A stretch of DNA of 64,000 nt from an uncultured Actinomycetes bacterium (GCA_946803585.1 CAMPEQ010000008.1:284053-348052); one strand, 5' to 3'. Positions 30,428 through 41,342 are shown, counted from the stretch's first letter. Numbers and translations are program-made. Notes: generated from the sequence alone by a model not told the origin.

Positions 30428-30447
30428 GTGCACCTACCTAGGTGCAC
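30428..30447. promoter_or_regulatory. Perfect inverted repeat between divergent moaC and the second modA
   Basis: GTGCACCTA-CC-TAGGTGCAC. Confidence 0.45.
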
Positions 30448-30469
30448 AAGATGGCGGTATCGTGTTGAG

Positions 30470-31234
30470 GTGTCCCCTTCACGCTGGATCTCAGTAGTTG
30501 TCGGGGTAGCGCTGGGCGCAACCGCACTGGCCGGTTGCTCGGCAGATGACGACGGAATCGAGTCCGATCGCGTAACTGTCTTTGCCGCTTCCTCTCTCAA
30601 GGTGCCGTTTGACCGGCTTGCCACCGAGTTCGAGGCCACCCATCCGGGCACCAAGGTCACGATTGTGGCCGCCGCGTCCTCAACGCTCGCCCACCAACTC
30701 CTCGATGGTGCCGCTGTTGATGTCTTCGCATCGGCCAGCCCGGCTGCTTTGCACGAGGTATCAGAAGTTGGCCTCTTGGCATCTACTCCGCAGCCATTCG
30801 CCAGCAATCAGGCGATCGCCGTTCGCAACTCCGATAGCCCAATCACAGACTTCACTCAGTTCAGCGACGGGGCGTACCAAATCTCACTATGCGCCAGCGC
30901 AGTTCCTTGCGGGCAAGTCGCCGACGAGCTTGCAGCCCAAGTGAACCTCGATACATCGTCTGCCACGCGGGAGAAGGACGTCCTCACTGTCGCCGAGAAG
31001 GTCTCCAGCGGCGACGCCGATGCCGGAGTCGTCTACGCCTCAAGCGTGCAGGAGTCTGACGGTCGCCTCGTTCCCCTTAACGCGACAGGCACAACCACGA
31101 TCAGCTCTGAGTACGAGATCGCCATCCTCAAATCGTCCTACGAGGTACCCGCCGCCACGGATTGGGTCAATCTGGTAACCGGACCAGTTGGGCAGCGCGT
31201 CTTGCGGGAAGCTGGTTTCCAGACCCCCGGCTAG
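30470..31234 (+). CDS. modA: Second molybdate-binding lipoprotein (stand-alone ModA paralog)
   Basis: LAGC lipobox, FAASSL, ASSTLA, FASAS, VPCG, GVVYAS; start set at GTG 30470. Confidence 0.85.
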   Translation: MSPSRWISVVVGVALGATALAGCSADDDGIESDRVTVFAASSLKVPFDRLATEFEATHPGTKVTIVAAASSTLAHQLLDGAAVDVFASASPAALHEVSEVGLLASTPQPFASNQAIAVRNSDSPITDFTQFSDGAYQISLCASAVPCGQVADELAAQVNLDTSSATREKDVLTVAEKVSSGDADAGVVYASSVQESDGRLVPLNATGTTTISSEYEIAILKSSYEVPAATDWVNLVTGPVGQRVLREAGFQTPG

Positions 31235-31269
31235 GTGTTCCTAGGCGCCACGACATGCGCGGCGCTAGT

Positions 31270-31313
31270 AACAGCAATACCCGCCACCAGCGAAGGTGAC
31301 GGGTATTGCTGTT
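31270..31313. terminator. Hairpin between convergent modA2 and rpoC (likely bidirectional terminator)
   Basis: 14-bp arms AACAGCAATACCCG / CGGGTATTGCTGTT. Confidence 0.75.
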
Positions 31314-31325
31314 TAGTGCTCGGTA

Positions 31326-34300
31326 CTAGTTGCGGTAGTCCGAACCACCGAAGTCGTACTCCTCTAGCGGCACGGCAGGCCCGGAAGCCTCGCCGAACGT
31401 TCCGCTGTAGTCGACATCGTCGTAGGCGGTCAGCTGTGCGTACATCGCAGCCTTGGCCTCTTCGGTTGGTTCTACCTTGACGTTGCGGTAGCGACTCAGT
31501 CCCGTTCCAGCTGGGATGAGCTTTCCGATGATCACGTTCTCCTTGAGGCCGAGTAGCGGATCGGAACGACCCTCTAGCGCGGCTTGGGTGAGAACCCGAG
31601 TCGTCTCCTGGAACGATGCGGCCGACAGCCACGAGTCCGTTGCCAGCGACGCCTTGGTGATACCCATCAACTCTGGACGACCGGAGGCTGGTGTCTTTCC
31701 ACCTTGCAGCACCTCACGGTTGCGACGCTGGAAGCGAGCGGACTCGACCAGGTCACCGGTGATGAACTCGGAATCACCGGAGTCAATGATCGTGATGCGG
31801 CGAAGCATCTGGCGAACAATGACCTCGATGTGCTTGTCGTGAATCGACACACCCTGCGAGCGGTAGACCTCTTGCACCTGGTCAACGAGGTGCAACTGCA
31901 CCTGACGTGGGCCGAGGATACGCAAGACCTGCTTCGGATCTACGGCACCGTGGATCAGCTGATCGCCAACGGCAACGCGGCCACCTTCTTCAACCATCAA
32001 ACGCGAGCGTTTGCTGACCGGGTAGGCGAACTCCTCGCCGTCCTTCTCGTCAGGAACGATGACGATCTTGCGGATCTTCTCGCTGTCATCGATCTTGACG
32101 GTTCCGGCGATCTCGGTGATCGGGGCGACACCCTTAGGAGTACGTGCCTCGAACAACTCGACGACGCGAGGAAGACCATGCGTGATGTCTTCACCAGCCA
32201 CACCACCGGTGTGGAAGGTACGCATTGTCAGCTGAGTTCCGGGCTCACCAATGGACTGCGCAGCGACGATACCGATGGCCTCACCGACATCAACGAGTTG
32301 TCCCGTTGCCAGTGAGCGGCCGTAGCAGGCAGCACAGGCGCCGACGCGGCTCTCACAGATCAGCACCGAACGTGCCTTCACTGTGGTGACACCGGCAGCG
32401 ACCAACTCGTCGATAAGCGCCAGGCTCAACTCAGCGCCGCGAGCGGCGATGGTGTTGCCATCGACGACAACGTCATCGGACAGAACACGCGAGGCCGCCG
32501 ACGTATCAACATTGTCGATGACTGCGACAGTTCCGTCAGCCTTGGTGTAACCGATCTCGGTCGCCAGACCACGTTCGGTTCCACAATCCTCCTCGCGGAC
32601 GATGACGTCTTGGGAGACGTCAACGAGACGACGAGTCAGGTAGCCCGAGTCAGCGGTACGAAGTGCGGTATCGGCCAGACCCTTACGAGCACCGTGAGTC
32701 GAAATGAAGTACTCGAGCACGCTCAAGCCTTCACGGAAGTTCGACTTAATCGGACGAGGGATGATCTCGCCCTTCGGGTTCGCCACCAGACCGCGCATAC
32801 CGGCGATCTGACGGATCTGGTTCATGTTTCCGCGAGCGCCCGAGTCGACCATCATGTAGACGGGGTTATCGGTTGGGAAGTTCTCGTTCATCGCGGTGGC
32901 GACATCTTCCGTTGCCGATGTCCAGATATCGATGAGCTCCTGGCGACGTTCCGACTCGGTGATAACACCGCGGTCGTACTGCTTCTGCAGTTTGTCGTCG
33001 CGCTCCTCCGCAGCTGCCAGCAGCGCGGCCTTAGCCGGCGGCGTGACAACGTCAGAGATCGAGATCGTGACACCACTCCGAGTTGCCCAGTGGAAGCCAA
33101 GCTCCTTGAGCGCATCCAGCGTTGCGGCAACCTGAACCTTTGGTTGGGTTTCAGCTAGCTCGTTAACGATCGCACCAAGCTGCTTCTTGCCAACCTCGTA
33201 GTTCACAAAGCCGAAGCCAGCTGGCATCGCTTCGTTGAACAACGCACGGCCCAGGGTGGTCTCCTGGATGAACGGCATTCCTGGCGTCCAGTTCTCTGGC
33301 GCCTCGAATCCACGCTCCGGTGTCGAGTCCCCACCAAGGCGAATCCTGATCTTGGCGCGAAGTGACAACTGGTGCGCGTCGAAGGCCATGATGGCTTCCG
33401 CGATCGAACCAAATACTCGGCCTTCGCCATCGGCGCCCTCATCCTGGCCAGTCAGGAAGTAGATGCCGAGCACCATGTCCTGGGTAGGCGACGTAATCGG
33501 GCGACCGTTTGCTGGCGACAGAATGTTATTCGCCGACAGCATGAGGATGCGTGCCTCAGCCTGAGCCTCAGCCGACAGTGGCAGGTGGACTGCCATCTGG
33601 TCACCGTCGAAGTCAGCGTTGAAGGCGGTACAGACCAACGGGTGAATCTGGATGGCCTTACCTTCAATGAGCTGTGGCTCGAATGCCTGAATACCAAGGC
33701 GGTGAAGCGTGGGTGCCCGGTTCAGCATGACGGGGTGCTCAGCGATGACCTCTTCTAGGACATCCCACACAACGGGGCGCGAACGCTCCACCATGCGCTT
33801 GGCGCTCTTGATGTTCTGCGCGTGGTTGAGATCAACCAGGCGCTTCATCACGAACGGCTTGAAGAGCTCCAACGCCATCTGCTTTGGCAGTCCACACTGG
33901 TGCAGCTTGAGCTGCGGACCAACCACGATGACCGAACGGCCGGAGTAATCCACGCGCTTGCCGAGCAGGTTCTGACGGAATCGACCCTGCTTACCCTTGA
34001 GCATGTCCGACAGGGACTTGAGCGGGCGGTTACCCGGACCAGTCACCGGACGGCCACGACGACCATTGTCAAAGAGGGCGTCGACTGCTTCTTGCAGCAT
34101 TCGCTTCTCGTTATTGACGATGATCTCGGGAGCTCCGAGGTCGATCAGTCGCTTCAACCGGTTGTTGCGGTTGATGACACGGCGGTAGAGGTCGTTCAGG
34201 TCGGAGGTGGCAAAGCGACCACCGTCGAGCTGAACCATCGGACGAAGATCCGGCGGGATAACCGGAACCGAGTCCAGCACCATGCCGGTCGGCGAGTTAT

Positions 34301-35216
34301 TCGTCGCGAGGAACGCGTTGACGACTCGAAGACGCTTCACAGCGCGGGTCTTCTTCTGACCCTTGCCGTTCTGGATGATGTCCTTAAGCTTCTCCGCCTC
34401 AGCTTCGAGGTCGAAGGTCTGCAGACGCGCTTGGATAGCGGCCGCGCCCATCGAACCCTTGAAGTAGCGGCCGTAGCGATCGCGCATCTCGCGGTAGAGG
34501 ATCTCGTTACCTTCGAGATCCTGGACCTTGAGCGTACGGAAGCGGTCGAACACCTCGTCGAGGGCAGCGATCTTCGCGTCTGCACGACGACGAATACCGT
34601 TCATCTCACGCTCGGCCGCATCGCGAACCTTGCGCTTGGCGTCTGCCTTGGCTCCTTCTTCTTCCAGAGCTGCGGTGTCTTCTTCAAGCTTGAGTTGACG
34701 CTTGTTGATGTCCTCATCGCGCTTGTCGGCGAGCTGCTTCTTCTCGACCTCTATCTTTGCTTCGAGGCTGGGAAGATCGCGGGTGCGGGCCTCGTCATCG
34801 ACCTCAGTGATCATGTAGGCGGCGAAGTAGATGACCTTCTCGAGGTCCTTCGGTGCCAGATCGAGGAGGTAGCCGAGACGACTCGGGACACCCTTGAAGT
34901 ACCAGATGTGCGTGACTGGTGCGGCCAGTTCGATGTGGCCCATCCGCTCACGACGCACCTTGGCGCGAGTTACCTCGACACCACAGCGCTCACAAATGAT
35001 GCCCTTGAAGCGAACCCGCTTGTACTTACCGCAGTAGCACTCCCAGTCACGAGTCGGTCCGAAGATCTTCTCGCAGAAGAGGCCATCTTTTTCCGGCTTC
35101 AGCGTCCGGTAGTTAATGGTCTCTGGCTTCTTTACTTCACCGTGAGACCAATCACGAATGTTGTCTGCATTGGCTAGACCGATGCGCAGATCATCAAAGA
35201 CATTCACGTCAAGCAT
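31326..35216 (-). CDS. rpoC: RNA polymerase beta' subunit
   Basis: NADFDGDQM, zinc-binding Cys motifs; 1296 aa. Confidence 0.99.
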   Translation of the reverse strand: MLDVNVFDDLRIGLANADNIRDWSHGEVKKPETINYRTLKPEKDGLFCEKIFGPTRDWECYCGKYKRVRFKGIICERCGVEVTRAKVRRERMGHIELAAPVTHIWYFKGVPSRLGYLLDLAPKDLEKVIYFAAYMITEVDDEARTRDLPSLEAKIEVEKKQLADKRDEDINKRQLKLEEDTAALEEEGAKADAKRKVRDAAEREMNGIRRRADAKIAALDEVFDRFRTLKVQDLEGNEILYREMRDRYGRYFKGSMGAAAIQARLQTFDLEAEAEKLKDIIQNGKGQKKTRAVKRLRVVNAFLATNNSPTGMVLDSVPVIPPDLRPMVQLDGGRFATSDLNDLYRRVINRNNRLKRLIDLGAPEIIVNNEKRMLQEAVDALFDNGRRGRPVTGPGNRPLKSLSDMLKGKQGRFRQNLLGKRVDYSGRSVIVVGPQLKLHQCGLPKQMALELFKPFVMKRLVDLNHAQNIKSAKRMVERSRPVVWDVLEEVIAEHPVMLNRAPTLHRLGIQAFEPQLIEGKAIQIHPLVCTAFNADFDGDQMAVHLPLSAEAQAEARILMLSANNILSPANGRPITSPTQDMVLGIYFLTGQDEGADGEGRVFGSIAEAIMAFDAHQLSLRAKIRIRLGGDSTPERGFEAPENWTPGMPFIQETTLGRALFNEAMPAGFGFVNYEVGKKQLGAIVNELAETQPKVQVAATLDALKELGFHWATRSGVTISISDVVTPPAKAALLAAAEERDDKLQKQYDRGVITESERRQELIDIWTSATEDVATAMNENFPTDNPVYMMVDSGARGNMNQIRQIAGMRGLVANPKGEIIPRPIKSNFREGLSVLEYFISTHGARKGLADTALRTADSGYLTRRLVDVSQDVIVREEDCGTERGLATEIGYTKADGTVAVIDNVDTSAASRVLSDDVVVDGNTIAARGAELSLALIDELVAAGVTTVKARSVLICESRVGACAACYGRSLATGQLVDVGEAIGIVAAQSIGEPGTQLTMRTFHTGGVAGEDITHGLPRVVELFEARTPKGVAPITEIAGTVKIDDSEKIRKIVIVPDEKDGEEFAYPVSKRSRLMVEEGGRVAVGDQLIHGAVDPKQVLRILGPRQVQLHLVDQVQEVYRSQGVSIHDKHIEVIVRQMLRRITIIDSGDSEFITGDLVESARFQRRNREVLQGGKTPASGRPELMGITKASLATDSWLSAASFQETTRVLTQAALEGRSDPLLGLKENVIIGKLIPAGTGLSRYRNVKVEPTEEAKAAMYAQLTAYDDVDYSGTFGEASGPAVPLEEYDFGGSDYRN

Positions 35217-35218
35217 GT

Positions 35219-38200
35219 TTAGACCTCCTCAACGCTGCTGGGCTCACGGCGGGACAGGTCGATACCTAGTTCCTCAGCCGCACGGAATACGTCATCGTCG
35301 GAATCCTTCATCTCGATTGCCTGACCATCACTGGCCAAGACTTCGACATTGAGGCATAGCGACTGCATTTCTTTGATCAACACCTTGAAGGACTCGGGGA
35401 TACCGGGTTCTGGGATGTTCTCGCCCTTAACGATGGCCTCGTATACCTTCACGCGGCCGGTCACGTCATCGGACTTGATGGTGAGAAGTTCCTGCAGTGC
35501 GTAGGCGGCACCGTATGCCTCCAACGCCCACACCTCCATCTCACCAAAGCGCTGGCCACCGAACTGAGCCTTACCACCAAGTGGCTGCTGGGTGATCATC
35601 GAGTACGGGCCAGTGGAACGTGCGTGAATCTTGTCGTCCACCAAGTGGAGAAGCTTCAGCACGTACATGTAGCCCAACGAGATCGGCGCGGGGAACGGCT
35701 CACCGGAGCGACCATCAATGAGCTTGGCCTTTCCGTTGCCGTGCACCAGGGTGACGCCGTCGTCAGTCTTCGGAGTGGACTCCAGTAGACCGATGACTTC
35801 CTCTTCCCGAGCACCGTCGAAGACCGGAGTTGCCACCCGCGTACCGGCGGGGGCCTGACGGCCTTCCGGCTTGATGCGTTCGGCCCACTCTGGGGTTCCT
35901 TCGATGTTCCAGCCCTGGCTGGCAACCCAGCCGAGGTGAGTCTCGAGTACCTGACCGACGTTCATACGACCAGGAACACCGAGCGGGTTAAGGATGACGT
36001 CTACCGGGGTGCCGTCTTCGAGGAATGGCATGTCCTCAACTGGTAGCACCTTGGAGATAACACCCTTGTTGCCGTGACGACCGGCGAGCTTGTCACCGAC
36101 GTTGATCTTGCGCTTGTTGGCAACGTAGACGCGCACCAGGCGGTTGACGCCAGGTGGCAGTTCGTCGCCTTCGTCGCGATCGAAGACCCGGACGCCGATA
36201 ACGACGCCGCGCTCTCCGTGCGGAACCTTGAGCGAGGTGTCGCGGACTTCCCGTGACTTCTCACCGAAGATGGCGCGCAGTAGACGCTCTTCTGGGGTTA
36301 GCTCAGTCTCACCCTTAGGCGTGACCTTGCCGACGAGGATGTCGCCAGTGACAACCTCGGCGCCGATACGGATGATGCCGCGCTCGTCGAGGTTCGCCAG
36401 AACCTCTTCGGAGACGTTCGGGATATCGCGGGTGATCTCTTCCGGGCCGAGCTTGGTGTCGCGGGCGTCAACTTCGTGCTCTTCGATGTGAATCGAGGAC
36501 AGCACGTCGTCTTGGACGAGGCGCTGGCTGAGGATGATCGCGTCTTCGTAGTTGTGACCCTCCCAGCTCATGAAGGCGACGAGCAGGTTCGCCCCGAGTG
36601 CCATATCGGCCTGGTCGGTACAAGGACCGTCGGCGATGACCTGACCGGCAGCGATCTGCTGGCCCTCGTCCACGAGTGGACGCTGGTTGAAGCAGGTGCC
36701 CTGGTTGGATCGGGTGAACTTACGAACGCGGTACGTTTGCGACGTTCCGTCCTCGTTGGCCACATCAATTGCGTCGGCGCTGACCTCGGTCACCGTTCCA
36801 GCCTGATCGGAGACGATCACGTCACCGGAATCGACAGCCGCGCGGTACTCCATGCCAGTCCCGACGTACGGGGCCTGGGCGCGCAGTAGCGGTACGGACT
36901 GGCGCTGCATATTCGATCCCATGAGCGCGCGGTTTGCGTCATCGTGCTCAAGGAACGGAATCATCGCGGTCGCGACCGACACCATCTGGCGCGGCGAGAC
37001 GTCCATGTAATCGATATCGGCTGGCGCGAGGTAGTCAACCTCAGCCTTGCGACGGATGAGGACCTTCTCGTCAACGAAGCTACCGTCGGCGTTCACCGGC
37101 GAGTTTGCCTGGGCGACGATGAACTGATCTTCCTCATCGGCCGTCAAGTAGTCGACGTCGTCTGTGACACGGCCGTCGGTCACCCGGCGGTATGGCGTCT
37201 CAACGAAGCCGAACGCGTTCACCCGGGCGAACGTTGACAGCGAGCCGATGAGTCCAATGTTGGGACCTTCTGGGGTCTCAATCGGGCACATGCGTCCGTA
37301 GTGCGACGGGTGAACGTCGCGAACCTCGAAGCCAGCACGCTCACGGGAAAGCCCACCCGGGCCGAGCGCGGAAAGTCGACGCTTGTGCGTTAGCCCGGCT
37401 ATCGGGTTGGTCTGATCCATGAACTGCGACAGCTGAGAAGTTCCGAAGAACTCCTTGAGGCTGGCAACGACCGGGCGAATGTTGATGAGGGTCTGAGGGG
37501 TGATCGCCTCAACATCCTGGGTGGTCATCCGCTCGCGGACAACGCGCTCCATCCGAGACAGACCCGTACGGATTTGGTTCTGGATGAGCTCACCAACGGT
37601 TCGAAGACGACGGTTACCGAAGTGATCGATATCGTCAGTCTCGACCCGAATCTCACCACGAGGTGACTCTGCGCGAGTCTCGCCGGCATGAAGGCGAACC
37701 AGGTACTCGATCGCCGAGACAATGTCTTCGAGCTCGAGGACGTTCTCCGACAGCTCAGCGTCACGACCAAGCTTCTTGTTGATCTTGTAGCGACCAACCT
37801 TCGCGAGGTCATAGCGCTTCGGGTTGAAGTAGTAGTTGTTCAGCAAGGTGCGAGCTGACTCGACCGTCGGCGGTTCACCTGGTCGCAACTTGCGGTAGAT
37901 ATCGAGCAGGGCCTCGTCCTCGGTGGAGGTCGGGTCCTTCTCCAGTGTTGCGCGGATCGACTCGTACTGGCCGAAACGCTCGAGGATTTCCTCGGTGGTC
38001 ATACCGAGTGCCTTGAGCAGAACGGTTACCGGCTGCTTGCGCTTACGGTCAACGCGGACGGCGACCATGTCCTTCTTGTCGACCTCGAACTCCAACCAAG
38101 CACCGCGGCTTGGGATGATCTTAGCAACGAAGATGTCCTTGTCGGCGATCTTGTCCAGCGTCGACTCGAAGTAGACACCAGGCGAACGCACCAACTGCGA

Positions 38201-38680
38201 CACGACGACACGCTCGGTGCCGTTGATGATGAACGTTCCCTTGTCGGTCATGAGCGGGAAGTCGCCCATGAAGACCGTCTGGGACTTAATCTCACCGGTC
38301 TCATTGTTGATGAACTCAGCGGTCACGAACAGTGGCGCTGAATAGGTGAAGTCCTTATCGCGACATTGCTCGACCGTGTACTTGGGCGGCTCGAAGCGAT
38401 GATCGCGGAACGACAGCGACATGTTGCCGTTGAAGTCCTCGATCGGCGAGATCTCCTCGAAGATCTCCTCTAGCCCCGAGGTCATCGGGATATCTGTGTC
38501 ACCTCGCTCCAGCGAGGCTTCCAAACGTGCCTTCCAGCGATCGTTCCCCAAAAGGGTGTCGAACGACGCCGTCTGAAGCGCGAGCAGATTAGGAACCTCT
38601 AGGGGCTCCCGGATCTTCGCGAACGAGACACGAGGTGAGATGGGCGGTGCGGGCAGTACTGGCGTACGCAGGGCGGCCAA
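35219..38680 (-). CDS. rpoB: RNA polymerase beta subunit
   Basis: RRDR region [35 protein letters not shown]; start set at TTG 38680 after GGAAGGA (ORF track starts at 38767). Confidence 0.98.
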   Translation of the reverse strand: MAALRTPVLPAPPISPRVSFAKIREPLEVPNLLALQTASFDTLLGNDRWKARLEASLERGDTDIPMTSGLEEIFEEISPIEDFNGNMSLSFRDHRFEPPKYTVEQCRDKDFTYSAPLFVTAEFINNETGEIKSQTVFMGDFPLMTDKGTFIINGTERVVVSQLVRSPGVYFESTLDKIADKDIFVAKIIPSRGAWLEFEVDKKDMVAVRVDRKRKQPVTVLLKALGMTTEEILERFGQYESIRATLEKDPTSTEDEALLDIYRKLRPGEPPTVESARTLLNNYYFNPKRYDLAKVGRYKINKKLGRDAELSENVLELEDIVSAIEYLVRLHAGETRAESPRGEIRVETDDIDHFGNRRLRTVGELIQNQIRTGLSRMERVVRERMTTQDVEAITPQTLINIRPVVASLKEFFGTSQLSQFMDQTNPIAGLTHKRRLSALGPGGLSRERAGFEVRDVHPSHYGRMCPIETPEGPNIGLIGSLSTFARVNAFGFVETPYRRVTDGRVTDDVDYLTADEEDQFIVAQANSPVNADGSFVDEKVLIRRKAEVDYLAPADIDYMDVSPRQMVSVATAMIPFLEHDDANRALMGSNMQRQSVPLLRAQAPYVGTGMEYRAAVDSGDVIVSDQAGTVTEVSADAIDVANEDGTSQTYRVRKFTRSNQGTCFNQRPLVDEGQQIAAGQVIADGPCTDQADMALGANLLVAFMSWEGHNYEDAIILSQRLVQDDVLSSIHIEEHEVDARDTKLGPEEITRDIPNVSEEVLANLDERGIIRIGAEVVTGDILVGKVTPKGETELTPEERLLRAIFGEKSREVRDTSLKVPHGERGVVIGVRVFDRDEGDELPPGVNRLVRVYVANKRKINVGDKLAGRHGNKGVISKVLPVEDMPFLEDGTPVDVILNPLGVPGRMNVGQVLETHLGWVASQGWNIEGTPEWAERIKPEGRQAPAGTRVATPVFDGAREEEVIGLLESTPKTDDGVTLVHGNGKAKLIDGRSGEPFPAPISLGYMYVLKLLHLVDDKIHARSTGPYSMITQQPLGGKAQFGGQRFGEMEVWALEAYGAAYALQELLTIKSDDVTGRVKVYEAIVKGENIPEPGIPESFKVLIKEMQSLCLNVEVLASDGQAIEMKDSDDDVFRAAEELGIDLSRREPSSVEEV

Positions 38681-38878
38681 CGAAAGGTCCTTCCGACTGC
38701 AGAGATTGATGGCGATGAGCAACTCTTGATCTATCGGTTTTCTTGCGCGCCGAAGAGACGTTGTCAAGCTTCAGATTTCCCCGGGTCCCACGTCGACACC
38801 TGAGCTGACTACTCGGGTGGACCTCTGGACTCACGGTTTATGACATCTGGGCAGCGAATTACGGGAGCGCAAAGAGCA

Positions 38879-38907
38879 ACGATACGTCACACCCCTAGTC
38901 CTGCCAA
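38879..38907 (-). promoter_or_regulatory. Putative sigma-A promoter of rpoB
   Basis: TTGGCA-N17-TATCGT on the minus strand. Confidence 0.6.
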
Positions 38908-38932
38908 CCCCCTACCCCGACTGACAGCCCTA

Positions 38933-38950
38933 TTGTGACGAGGTTCACGT
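38933..38950. promoter_or_regulatory. CRP/GlxR- or Rex-like palindrome upstream of the rpoB promoter
   Basis: T-TGTGA-CGAGGT-TCACG-T; 9/10 match to TGTGA-N6-TCACA. Confidence 0.4.
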
Positions 38951-38992
38951 AACTTCGCCCCGGTGAAGGATGTAGCTCGTGGGGGTCAAGTG

Positions 38993-39035
38993 CATGGAGG
39001 GAGGTCCATGGAGGGAGGTCGCATGGAGGGAGGTC
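38993..39035. repeat. Three tandem copies of a 14-mer
   Basis: CATGGAGGGAGGTC at 38993, 39007 and 39022. Confidence 0.9.
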
Positions 39036-40821
39036 AGGCTGCGGCGACTGCAGCAGCGAGTTCGAGTTCTAGTCCGGTGACCGAATCGTCGTCGAGGCCT
39101 GCCTGATCCCTCCAGTTCATTGCGTCACCGTCCCCAACGCCGTCACCTAGAGCCTGAGGACGCCGCCTTCTGTACGCGGTGCCGCGTGGGCTGATCCATT
39201 CGATGATTACTCCCGGTTCTGGTGGGTCGCTGGAATGATCACTGGCTGGTACTGCCGCTGGTTCGGCTCCTGGTTCTGGTCTGGTTCCGGCGTCGCTGTT
39301 GAGACCAATGTCAGTGTCAGCTTGGGGTGGGTGGATGTGCAGGCTCCAGTTGTTGTGGGTTTTCAGCCGGTGGTGACGTCTGCAGAGGGTCAGGAGGTTG
39401 TCTGCGCTGGTGGTCCCACCGTCCACGTCGCCGGTGAACGGCTGGACGTGGTCTAGATCGCACAGGTAAGCTGCTCGGGCGCAGCCCGGGAACTGGCAAG
39501 TCCGGTCGCGGGCCAGGATGTACTCCCGCAATGCCGCCGACGGGCTGTACGTGCTGGTGCCGTAGTCCAACAAGTGCCCGGCAACGGGGTCGGTCACCAG
39601 ACGCCGCCACGTCCCGGAATCGGCGGCCAGCCGACGGGCCAGGGTGGCTGGGATCGGGCCGAAGCCTACGAGCTCGCCGGGATTGTCGGCCAGGCCAAGC
39701 AGGGTCGCGGCATCGATCACGATCTGGGTCTCCAGACGCTTTTTGCCCTGCATCGTGGGCAGCCCCGGATCCTGGGCGGCACGCTGGGCCCACGCGATCA
39801 ACGCATCCGCGCGCTTATGCCCCATCGTGCGTCGATCAACACCCCCCGACCCTGAACCATCGGCATCTGCCCCACCCTCGTCAGATCCGTCTGACTCTGA
39901 TTCCCCGGGCACCGCTGCGCTCGCGCTGGCAGCCGCCCCACCTCGCACTGGGACTCCCATCGTGGTGAAGCCAGCACTCGGTGGGGATTGGTTGGCGCAC
40001 GCCGTCAACGCGTTCCACACCGCGATCGCGTCCGGGGCCGGCAGCAGGGCGCTGACTCGGGCCATCACCGGGCCGTCCGCGACCATCGTCACTTCCCGAC
40101 GGGCGAACTCCGCATCTAGGTCCTCGTCGGGGGTCAACGGGAACAGGCGGGTCACTGCCCGGCGCACACTGGCCCGAGTCTGAGACGGGGTTTGAGAAGC
40201 GACCCGAAACAACGCACACTCCTCGATCTGGCGGGCCTGACCCACGTCAAGACGGTCACACTCACGAACGATCGCATTCACCTGCCCGATCGAGGCCACA
40301 CCCCTCGCTAGCATCACCCGGGTCTGGGGAAGCTTGTAATACAGGTCCCGGGCCACAGTGATCCGGAACTCCGCGGCCTGCCCCGACACACGAAGCGCGG
40401 CCGCGATCTCATCACGCACCCCATCGTTGACCGCAAGCCCATGACGGCGCGATACCTCACTGCGATCAGGATCAGCGGTCTCATACTCCGGGCCCGGACC
40501 AGCCAACGCGACCATGGCATCAGCCCGAAGCGACTCCAACCACGCCGCGTGGCGATCCAACTCGCGCAGCAACTCCACCTGCTCATCCGCGGCCAACGCG
40601 AATGGATCCGTTTGAGCAACCCGCACAAACGACTCCACACACGGATCAGCTGAACCAGCCCCGACATGCACCGTCCCGCCAGCGGCACGCCCGCCACTAT
40701 CGCGAGCCGCTCCAGCACCACGATCTGCACGGCCCGCACCACCAGCACCCAGGCCACCTGCACCGGGCGCATCAGCGACCCGATCACTGGGACCCCTGCT
40801 AGAGGGACGGCTACTCGACAT
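39034..40821 (-). CDS. DUF222 / HNH endonuclease protein (13E12-repeat-like family)
   Basis: EIAAAL, RRADAL-like motif, GFGPIPA, RLVTDP, RDRTCQFPGC..CDLDH..NLLTLCRRHHRLKT. Confidence 0.9.
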   Translation of the reverse strand: MSSSRPSSRGPSDRVADAPGAGGLGAGGAGRADRGAGAARDSGGRAAGGTVHVGAGSADPCVESFVRVAQTDPFALAADEQVELLRELDRHAAWLESLRADAMVALAGPGPEYETADPDRSEVSRRHGLAVNDGVRDEIAAALRVSGQAAEFRITVARDLYYKLPQTRVMLARGVASIGQVNAIVRECDRLDVGQARQIEECALFRVASQTPSQTRASVRRAVTRLFPLTPDEDLDAEFARREVTMVADGPVMARVSALLPAPDAIAVWNALTACANQSPPSAGFTTMGVPVRGGAAASASAAVPGESESDGSDEGGADADGSGSGGVDRRTMGHKRADALIAWAQRAAQDPGLPTMQGKKRLETQIVIDAATLLGLADNPGELVGFGPIPATLARRLAADSGTWRRLVTDPVAGHLLDYGTSTYSPSAALREYILARDRTCQFPGCARAAYLCDLDHVQPFTGDVDGGTTSADNLLTLCRRHHRLKTHNNWSLHIHPPQADTDIGLNSDAGTRPEPGAEPAAVPASDHSSDPPEPGVIIEWISPRGTAYRRRRPQALGDGVGDGDAMNWRDQAGLDDDSVTGLELELAAAVAAA

Positions 40822-40842
40822 ACCCAAACGCTACCACCTGAC

Positions 40843-40858
40843 TCGAACATACGTTCGA
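40843..40858. promoter_or_regulatory. LexA SOS box upstream of the DUF222/HNH gene
   Basis: TCGAAC-ATAC-GTTCGA, the actinobacterial consensus; lies just upstream of a -10 TAGCGT that is 6 nt before ATG 40821. Confidence 0.85.
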
Positions 40859-40890
40859 GTCTTTCGCCACTGCTGCAGACCTGGGCACCC

Positions 40891-40940
40891 AACAACAAGA
40901 GAGCGGCCGCGCCCAGCAATCTGGGACACGGCCGCTCTCT
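40891..40940 (-). terminator. Intrinsic terminator after rplL
   Basis: 12-bp arms AGAGAGCGGCCG / CGGCCGCTCTCT followed by TGTTGTT on the minus strand. Confidence 0.75.
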
Positions 40941-40955
40941 AGGCGGAAGTCAGTA

Positions 40956-41342
40956 CTACTTGACTGACACCTTGGCACCGGCAGCCTCGAGGGCTTCCTT
41001 TGCCTTGTCTGCAGCTTCTTTGTTGACCTTCTCGACAACGGCCTTCGGCGCGCTCTCGACAAGCTCCTTGGCCTCTCCGAGTCCCAGGCTGGTGAGCGCA
41101 CGGACCTCTTTGATGACCTGGATCTTCTTGGCGCCGACCTCTTCGAGGACAACGTCGAACTCGTCTTGCTCGGCAGCAGCTTCTTCGCCGCCTCCGGCAG
41201 GAGCTCCGGCAGCCGCAACTGCGACTGGCGCAGCGGCGGTTACGTTGAAGACCTCTTCGAACTGGCTAACGAACTCCGAGAGCTCGATGAGCGTCATTTC
41301 TTTGAAAGCGTCGAGCAGTTCGTCTGTTGACAGCTTCGCCAT
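40956..41342 (-). CDS. rplL: 50S ribosomal protein L7/L12
   Basis: [35 protein letters not shown]. Confidence 0.98.
   Translation of the reverse strand: MAKLSTDELLDAFKEMTLIELSEFVSQFEEVFNVTAAAPVAVAAAGAPAGGGEEAAAEQDEFDVVLEEVGAKKIQVIKEVRALTSLGLGEAKELVESAPKAVVEKVNKEAADKAKEALEAAGAKVSVK

Noticed and set aside
7026-31234. Island as an active mobile element or prophage
   Set aside because: No integrase, transposase, phage genes, tRNA target or att-like direct repeats were seen.
33822-35177. 451-aa plus-strand ORF (and similar long ORFs opposite moeA, nusG, rplD)
   Set aside because: Antisense shadows of conserved genes in GC-rich DNA.
37370-37450. RpoB RRDR variant DQTNPIAGL as possible rifampicin resistance
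   Set aside because: The key Asp, His and Ser residues are wild type; similar variation occurs in other susceptible taxa.
38993-39035. Tandem repeat as a CRISPR array
   Set aside because: The 14-bp units have no spacers and there are no cas genes.
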